Part shown: piece by piece, positions 61,001 to 64,000 of the stretch | Numbering within the stretch: position 1 is the first letter of the stretch | Layout: the number at the start of each line of letters is the position of its first letter | NCBI GenBank assembly: GCA_051362555.1 | Contig: CM120641.1 | Location: forward strand, 48,490,401 to 48,554,400 | DNA from: Lingula anatina | Taxonomy: Eukaryota; Animalia; Brachiopoda | Direction: 5' to 3' | Length of the DNA: 64,000 nucleotides | Notes under the pieces: model-generated | Seen by the model: the letters and a program-made list of their open reading frames with translations, nothing else | Databases searched by the model: none | What the model was told of the DNA's origin: nothing | Made by a program: the position numbers and the translations under genes

Positions 61001-62424
61001 CTTGTTGTAATTTATCAACCAGTCTCTTCATTTTGTCCATTTCTGCCTTGTTGTTCTTGTTCTCTTTGTTCTCTTGCATAGCACGCATGAGGACTCCGCT
61101 TATTTCCTCGATGAAGAAGGTGTTTCTACTTGTCACCATGCTGTCTATGTATTCTGAAACATAGAAAACACACTGAAATCCCATGCAACAATAATGCATT
61201 ATCCCTTTATTTGTTCTATTATTCACTCCAACAACAGCATATTTTAATATATTTAAAAATATTTTAACACTGATAAGTACACCAGATATAATTTCAACCT
61301 TACTTCACTCTGCTCTGTGAGAGTGATCTCTTAGCTATCACATCAAAACAAGGAAGTACATTTAAAACACATAATTTATGTAAAATACTACTGGATGACT
61401 AATTCATTAAAATTTAATTGATTAGTCATCACGTAGTATTTTAGAGGAATGTTTTTAAAAGTACTTCCTTGTTGTCAGTTATTGTGTTAAACCACAGAGT
61501 GGCCCAGATTACCTTGTGGTGGGGCCCTGGCCTCTGCCCCTGTCACTCTCTGATATGTCTCTGGGTATTCATATTCCAGCACTTTAAGAAAACACTGCAG
61601 GCCATTGGGACCCTTTCTGGCTATGGTATCCAGCAGGAAACCTGTATACAGAAATAGGAGTCAGCAAAGCAAGGTTATCTACATACTCAATAGACCTCTT
61701 TTCTATCTTTTAATATAGAAAGCTGCCTGGCCATCTCTTGGGCATTACCTACATACATGGATAGGACATATTTGAGTGATATCAACAGCAATCTTTTTAT
61801 ATATTTTGTATGCATATTTTCACATAATGGTACTAGATTTTTAATGTCAAAGGATTAACCCTCCCCCCAAGACTGAAAATTCATGTGTTAGCATTCAGGA
61901 CAGTTAGTACTGGTAGAAATGCTAATGCAAGAATTTCTGTGCTATCCCCTACCCAAACAAAAAATCATATTTAAACTTCACTTAATCCTTGAAGACAAAA
62001 CTTTTGGTTCTTACCCTGTCCTATAATACCAATTAAGGTACTGTACTACAACACTGCACCTATTCCTGTCTTACCTAAGGAGGTGATATAATAAGGTGTA
62101 CCTTACCGTCCTACCTGCAGAGGTGATGTATTATTATGGCAGGTAAGTACCCCCTGTACACCTTAATTTAAGGTATACCTACCCGCCCTACCTGAGAAGG
62201 TGCTATTTTAAGGTATACCAGTACCTACCTGCTCTACCTGCAGAGGTAGTATTAAGCAGTTGATTTGAGATCTCTTCCTGGTCGTCATAGGTTAATACCA
62301 TGCGGCTACGAAGAGGCGCAAAGAACTTCTTAACATCTACTGTTTTGACCAGCAGTTCCCTGTGTTCTAATAGACACTGCTGGAGTTTCTCGTATGCAGC
62401 CCAATCTTCTTGCAAGTCTGCCAT
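35602..62424 (-). CDS. CARD11-like: CARMA-type CARD-coiled coil-MAGUK protein (CARD, CC, linker, PDZ, SH3, GuK), 26 coding exons, about 1119 aa
   Basis: 26 exons (listed separately) join with consistent phases into 3360 nt. CARD: RAGFLLDTIARKGPNGLQCFLKVLEYEYPETYQRVTG, like the CARD9/11 AG.LLDIL..G..G...FLESLE.YYP.LY..VTG motif. PDZ: INGGNYTGIFITHV. SH3: GDAFFIRTN...GDVLHVNNT...W.A...IP. GuK: PYSEV...RPVML...CITVKAIK...HPIII...LVKVKVTEAQEHLYW. Confidence 0.9.
36081..36184 (-). CDS. CARD11-like: CARMA exon 25, GuK
   Basis: ttgcag/gtatgg; phase 2/1. Confidence 0.8.
36387..36499 (-). CDS. CARD11-like: CARMA exon 24, GuK (NLHSV...CIKRMVGANIHPIIIVFKP)
   Basis: ccccag/gtaagt; YPIVIF-like motif. 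Confidence 0.87.
36750..36892 (-). CDS. CARD11-like: CARMA exon 23, GuK (...SCITVKAIKTAMEN)
   Basis: ctttcag/gtagga. Confidence 0.83.
37366..37470 (-). CDS. CARD11-like: CARMA exon 22, GuK (LKPRPVMLIGP...FIHCKP)
   Basis: tttcag/gtaaat; RPV..GP MAGUK motif. Confidence 0.87.
37670..37729 (-). CDS. CARD11-like: CARMA exon 21 (KFTCDFHTWNPYSEVQPVK)
   Basis: ctttcag/gtgagt; PY..V motif preceding GuK. Confidence 0.85.
37906..38224 (+). repeat. 5' LTR
   Basis: Identical by eye to 43742-44060; AATAAA at 38177-38182. Confidence 0.96.
38311..42816 (+). CDS. BEL/Pao gag-pol polyprotein (gag with CCHC knuckles, aspartic protease, RT, RNase H, integrase N-part), frameshifted near 42755
   Basis: CFGCLAYGHRKHEC knuckle; AVLDEQS protease; YLPHHGV, KLRVVFDAS and FYVDDGL RT motifs; HHFSDAS and TVPRLEL RNase H; HH-CC zinc finger, VDFFGP and RADRGTNF integrase. 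Confidence 0.95.
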   Translation: MATQAEMLLLQAELKRVESDIDQTMCELEKHFNFTKSNIKKTSTPKNALTSCAPLTLCEQTTIAKELSKPRIQIQVFEGDPIKYVLFKRQFKSRIIETCDSDDEKLNYLLQYTRGEPHEITLGFAHLDASIGFKATWKEFERRYGDQEQIATSYINRALQWPVIKHDDYVALDKYGIFLRECEYAVKEIDAIPVLEYPDNLKRLMTKLPLKLHDKWRSIVYERKERGQKITFQVFVDFVQKEARKLADPIFGKVPPPPERPIPAPRRRVPAQTVLSSASASSNERHVHKCILCKEQHKLHQCPEMQEKTMDERIGIIKNNGLCFGCLAYGHRKHECRSKMKCQKCNSYHPTILHDDNYTSKVVGAAVCHTTHSSENVHSMIVPVVVHHEGNPDIYSVVYAVLDEQSDACFVKSSTLSELECKGKHVDIRLSTILGEKTVPSRKVRGLVVRGLNQETLIELPDTYSRDSIPVKRSQIPRPETAKKWPHLHSIADKITPYRPDIEVGLLLGVNCMKAIRGLEYIHGRGEEPYAYRCNLGWGIVGPVDKSRPIDENKSFGTHAFAFRTQVTEISPAEVCSLFDQGFDQQKDEKLSLQDQKFMKIMEEGIHFNEGFYEMPLPFKDGHPALPNNKPAAEIRLEQLRKKLIHNPKYYEHYNSFMQDLIDKCYAEESPHEDGGWYLPHHGVYHPKKREKLRVVFDASAKRENVALNDCLLKGPDQNNSLIGVLLRFREQPVAIMGDMENMFHRFKVKEEDRKFLQFLWWKDGDLSSNPITHRMTSHIFGAISSPACALYGLRKLAEDYQDEYSPDVIAFLKNDFYVDDGLKSIESSEEAIRLVRETRELLNKGNLRLHKLVSNNREVMNTIPMSERAKEMRNIDLNRDTMPICPALGVQWCVEADSFQFKVQINDKPLTRRGILSTVSSIFDPLGLVSPFILAGKKILQELCRDGAEWDDQVPESIRYRWERWRSDLLNLTKLNIPRCYKPNDFGEVTTAELHHFSDASVEGLGQCSYLRLKSNTGRIATTLVMGKSKVAPSKPVTVPRLELSAAVMSIKVGTFLAKELEYEDITHVYWTDSKVVLGYVNNDAKRFHVFVANRIQQIREVSQPSQWRHVKSSDNPADIASRGTGVTELLQNEQWWSGPDFLRIDEPLSTTDTQFRLAPDDPEVRKSEVNVFATKVETNHDHLSDVLKRFSSWNRATRVVTWCLRFIQKLKQAKNRKSTQQNTVETSNEPLNVQEIQVAEKIILKSTQTATFEKEIAILKAINREDNSEHTERKQARYRNKQIKKTSSLYRLDPFLCEDGLLRVGGRIKRANLPRELTHPVILPKHHHVTNLIIDHYHTRCGHSGSGITLNEVRASGYWIISGRAKIGSYIWKCVTCRKLRANPQSQKMSDLPADRLEPAPPFTYSAVDFFGPFYVKEGRKQLKRYGAMFTCLASRAIHIEVAYSLSTDSFINCYRRFVCRRGPVRLLRADRGTNFIGVKESKKLPLWIWIRTRSGENF
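42756..43457 (+). pseudogene. Integrase C-terminal part in a second frame (ASHMGGVWERMIRS, EAEAIVNSRPLT, WPLGRI)
   Basis: Typical BEL integrase continuation; separated from the main ORF by an apparent 1-nt deletion. Confidence 0.9.
43742..44060 (+). repeat. 3' LTR
   Basis: Identical by eye to the 5' LTR; preceded by polypurine tract. Confidence 0.96.
44347..44525 (-). CDS. CARD11-like: CARMA exon 20, SH3-GuK hook; 3' boundary less certain
   Basis: tttccag acceptor; gtaatt donor chosen because it gives the phase 1 required by exon 21. Confidence 0.68.
45155..45310 (-). CDS. CARD11-like: CARMA exon 19, SH3
   Basis: ctgcag/gtagtg; TNL...LSCHLGDVLHVNNT...DWRA...VIPD. Confidence 0.9.
46048..46121. 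repeat. (AT)n microsatellite
   Basis: Pure AT run of about 74 nt. Confidence 0.97.
46319..46379 (-). CDS. CARD11-like: CARMA exon 18, SH3 start (GDAFFIR)
   Basis: gtttag/gtaaat; GDSFYIR-type motif. Confidence 0.88.
46510..46639 (-). CDS. CARD11-like: CARMA exon 17, PDZ C-part
   Basis: ctccag/gtcagt; TLTQAKQTLQQLQGEVQITVQ. Confidence 0.85.
46762..49060 (-). mobile_element. HINE-like family 2 copy with an internal ~162-bp tandem array
   Basis: Terminal palindrome 49028-49055, (gacggcgac)n, subterminal inverted copy atgtacagaca near 46787; tcatgctgattttcgaacttgacc recurs at 48381, 48544, 48705, 48866. Confidence 0.78.
49437..49587 (-). CDS. CARD11-like: CARMA exon 16, PDZ N-part (ECEINGGNYTGIFITHVT)
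   Basis: ttcccag/gtgagt; GGN..GIF PDZ motif of ZO-1/CARMA type. Confidence 0.88.
49711..49879. mobile_element. Small TIR MITE (related relic at about 6050-6250)
   Basis: TIR caggcccgtag / ctacgggtctg flanked by gtaag on both sides; shared aaaggtccactc core. Confidence 0.65.
50064..50166 (-). CDS. CARD11-like: CARMA exon 15, linker
   Basis: attcag/gtaata; phase 1/2. Confidence 0.75.
50706..50781 (-). CDS. CARD11-like: CARMA exon 14, linker
   Basis: cctcag/gtctgt; phase 0/1. Confidence 0.72.
51179..51361 (-). CDS. CARD11-like: CARMA exon 13, linker
   Basis: ttttag/gtttgt; 61 open codons. Confidence 0.75.
51429..51635. mobile_element. Tourist-like MITE family B
   Basis: TTA...TTA TSD; ggcgtattccca / tgggaatggggtc termini. 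Confidence 0.72.
51780..51850 (-). CDS. CARD11-like: CARMA exon 12, linker
   Basis: ttttag/gtatgt; phase 1/0. Confidence 0.75.
52086..52218 (-). CDS. CARD11-like: CARMA exon 11, linker
   Basis: tttcag/gtaagc; RNRTLNL...DPFKDFPL; phase 0/1. Confidence 0.78.
52638..57886 (-). mobile_element. HINE-like family 2 long copy (about 5.2 kb) with internally duplicated ~1-kb blocks and a 162-bp array
   Basis: Same terminal palindrome (57854-57881) and same aacaaggcagcaaagctgtcaaatgtacagaca end (about 52641-52673) as the 46762-49060 copy. Confidence 0.72.
57893..58095. repeat. CA-rich low-complexity repeat (cacctaacacactgtca); similar stretch at 60417-60496
   Basis: Recurrent acacctaacacac. Confidence 0.8.
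58100..58195 (-). CDS. CARD11-like: CARMA exon 10, Ser-rich linker
   Basis: polyT catcag/gtaagt; SDLSVRTSFESSRSDD. Confidence 0.82.
58489..58683 (-). CDS. CARD11-like: CARMA exon 9, end of coiled coil
   Basis: ttacag/gtaatg; IARQRDLAQSQ...RRSGSFSG. Confidence 0.86.
58813..59120. repeat. 45-bp minisatellite, about 7 copies, overlapping the CARMA exon 8 donor
   Basis: cacagtggacctatccctacctcatccctctctgccctgtcatgt. Confidence 0.96.
59103..59228 (-). CDS. CARD11-like: CARMA exon 8, coiled coil; donor lies in the first unit of a 45-bp minisatellite
   Basis: tttcag/gtaggg; LCEENDKY...YWGQLQQIRAERDE. Confidence 0.86.
59424..59594 (-). CDS. CARD11-like: CARMA exon 7, coiled coil
   Basis: gtacag/gtaaga; MELEILREQVRDLEQANE. 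Confidence 0.87.
59854..59987 (-). CDS. CARD11-like: CARMA exon 6, coiled coil
   Basis: tttcag/gtatgg; ...IKIENDGLRRQLDQMKRQ. Confidence 0.88.
60244..60381 (-). CDS. CARD11-like: CARMA exon 5, coiled coil
   Basis: ttcag/gtagat; ...QAMIERDKAVRQCRQYELRIEQCE. Confidence 0.88.
60598..60700 (-). CDS. CARD11-like: CARMA exon 4, coiled coil
   Basis: tttgcag/gtaagc; QENSQLQTKLADYNKLK... Confidence 0.88.
60984..61153 (-). CDS. CARD11-like: CARMA exon 3, coiled coil
   Basis: tttcag/gtatct; YIDSMV...ASDRLE. Confidence 0.88.
61513..61641 (-). CDS. CARD11-like: CARMA exon 2, CARD C-half (GFLLDTIARKG...VTGAEARAPPQ)
   Basis: tacag acceptor, gtaatc donor; strong CARD9/CARMA-like motif. Confidence 0.93.
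62229..62424 (-). CDS. CARD11-like: CARMA coding exon 1, CARD N-half (MADLQEDW...SAGRA)
   Basis: Kozak acaaccATGG, in-frame TAA 9 nt upstream, acceptor at 62437-62438, gtaggt donor. Confidence 0.92.
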
Positions 62425-62808
62425 GGTTGTTTAAAACTGTAAGAAGACTACAAAGTGCTTTTTTACGCACTTATCCTGCCAAGAAAATACAATTGCACGA
62501 AAATCTAATCATAATAATAATAATGATATAACACACTGTACAGGGGGTATTACCATATTAAAATACATGTATAATATTACTTATCAAAAAGTAAAATTCT
62601 ACTCCTTATTTAAATTCAAACGATAGCGACAATGTTATATTATATGATATGAAATATCAAGCAATCTGTCAAGGGTTTTTGTAAAGTTAAACGATTTGCT
62701 GCACTATCTCTCAACATTGCATGTATGTGTTTGTACATGTGATTATTTAAATTCACAGGTAGGGCCTACTACATGTAGTACTAACAGTAGATTGTTATAA
62801 CAACTTAC

Positions 62809-63100
62809 AAGCACCGGTAGACTCTTGAGTGTTGATTGTTGATGATTCCACTGGATACCTTAAACACAGATAGACTTCTACTTTCCGTCACTTGACTTCC
62901 ACGTTGTGGTTTGTCCTTCCTGTAACCTGGGGCATTTTGATCAGGGTCTCACTATCTGAGACCGCAACCAGGAAGTTGACACAGACCAGGAAAGGTCGAA
63001 GGTCAGAGGGTAAATGGACAACATCTGCGCGTGCGTAATAGGGCCGGTTATGCAGACGGCGCGGCTTTGTGTACTCACTTCCTTGGTCAAACAGAAAGGT
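62809..63100 (-). promoter_or_regulatory. Candidate non-coding first exon / CpG-enriched promoter region of the CARMA gene
   Basis: Minus-strand gtaagt donor at 62808 pairs with the acceptor at 62437; local CpG enrichment (62900-63070) against CpG-poor introns; 5' boundary unknown. Confidence 0.4.
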
Positions 63101-64000
63101 GTAAATTACAGCGCAATTCACCCGATTTATTTTATTTATCACAAAACAACATTCAAATAACACAACTTGCAAAGTTTTCTGTTTAATAGGATCACGTTAT
63201 AATAAAACACTTCGTTTAAAGCCATTTTTTTTTTTGCTTTTTGCATTCACGACAGTGTATTCTTTGTTGATGTCAGTGTGCCTTGTAAGTGGCGGTTTAA
63301 TTTTAAGGGGGGGGGGGTAGTTTAATACCAATTAAAATTGATCTTAACGGATAAGTTTTCAATCTTATTTATTTATTTAATAAACAAGAACAACATGTTT
63401 TATCTTATATAAAACAATTTGCAAACAAGCTTAGCGCAGAGCTATTTTAATATAAAAGGCCCCCAGTTAGACGGCGATATTTTCACCAGTTGATTTTCCA
63501 TTTTCTTGGTCACTCATGTTTCCGTACAGTGTACATGTGCCATTTCTAGTCAAACACCCTCGGATGATTTCACCGATAGTAACAAGAATTAGGCCTACAA
63601 TGACATATATTTTTTGTTTAGGTACGAAAAACCCGGTAATTTTTAATCATTCAAAAGGCGGAAAGCGCGACGAACATGCAGGCTTTTAAAATAGCGGCAA
63701 TGACTACGACTTTATAAAGGTATAGGCCTACTAGGGATTATAGGCCTAATGCTCACTCATTTACTTTCCATAAATTCACTTTTCTAGTTAAATTTAGCAT
63801 TTTGCACTTTTTTTTTTTTTATATATATATTTTGTATTTTTTATACTTAAAAATATAAAATTATTATTTTAAAACTCAACAGTTGTAATGAAAATACTTG
63901 GTGTATTCCTTCGCTATACTCCGATTCTCAACCGCTTCCATGTCCGCATTAACACTGTGTTCCAAGCATGGAAATGGGCATACCGGTATATGTATGACCA

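Noticed and set aside
35602-62424. Dlg5 or ZO-1 identity for the minus-strand MAGUK
   Set aside because: Only one PDZ was found, there is no ZU5 tail, and the N-terminal CARD matches the CARD9/CARMA pattern; a tree is still needed for a firm call.

Overview
AT-rich, intron-rich metazoan genomic DNA. It is probably an invertebrate, judging from protein divergence and repeat families; the species cannot be determined from sequence alone. Two genes are arranged tail-to-tail. (1) On +, the 3' part (10 coding exons, 16521-29661) of an R7-family RGS gene (DHEX end, GGL, RGS box, long C-terminal tail; RGS9/11/EAT-16-like). It has one GC-AG intron and a terminal VVAPWETA motif resembling the PDEgamma-like VICPWE motif of RGS9-2. 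(2) On -, a complete 26-coding-exon gene (62424-35602, about 1119 aa by my hand-spliced model) with CARD, coiled coil, linker, PDZ, SH3 and GuK domains, i.e. a full CARMA (CARD10/11/14-type) scaffold. One intron of this gene holds a full-length BEL/Pao LTR retrotransposon (37906-44060) with identical 319-bp LTRs and a 5-bp TSD. It has no tRNA-type PBS; the PBS position is instead complementary to a sequence in its own LTR, best across a predicted splice junction, suggesting self-priming. The rest is introns containing Helentron-derived HINE/DINE-like elements with internal satellite arrays, Harbinger/Tourist-type and other MITEs, and many minisatellites, several seeded on exon ends. All exon models were derived by eye from splice signals and reading-frame continuity.
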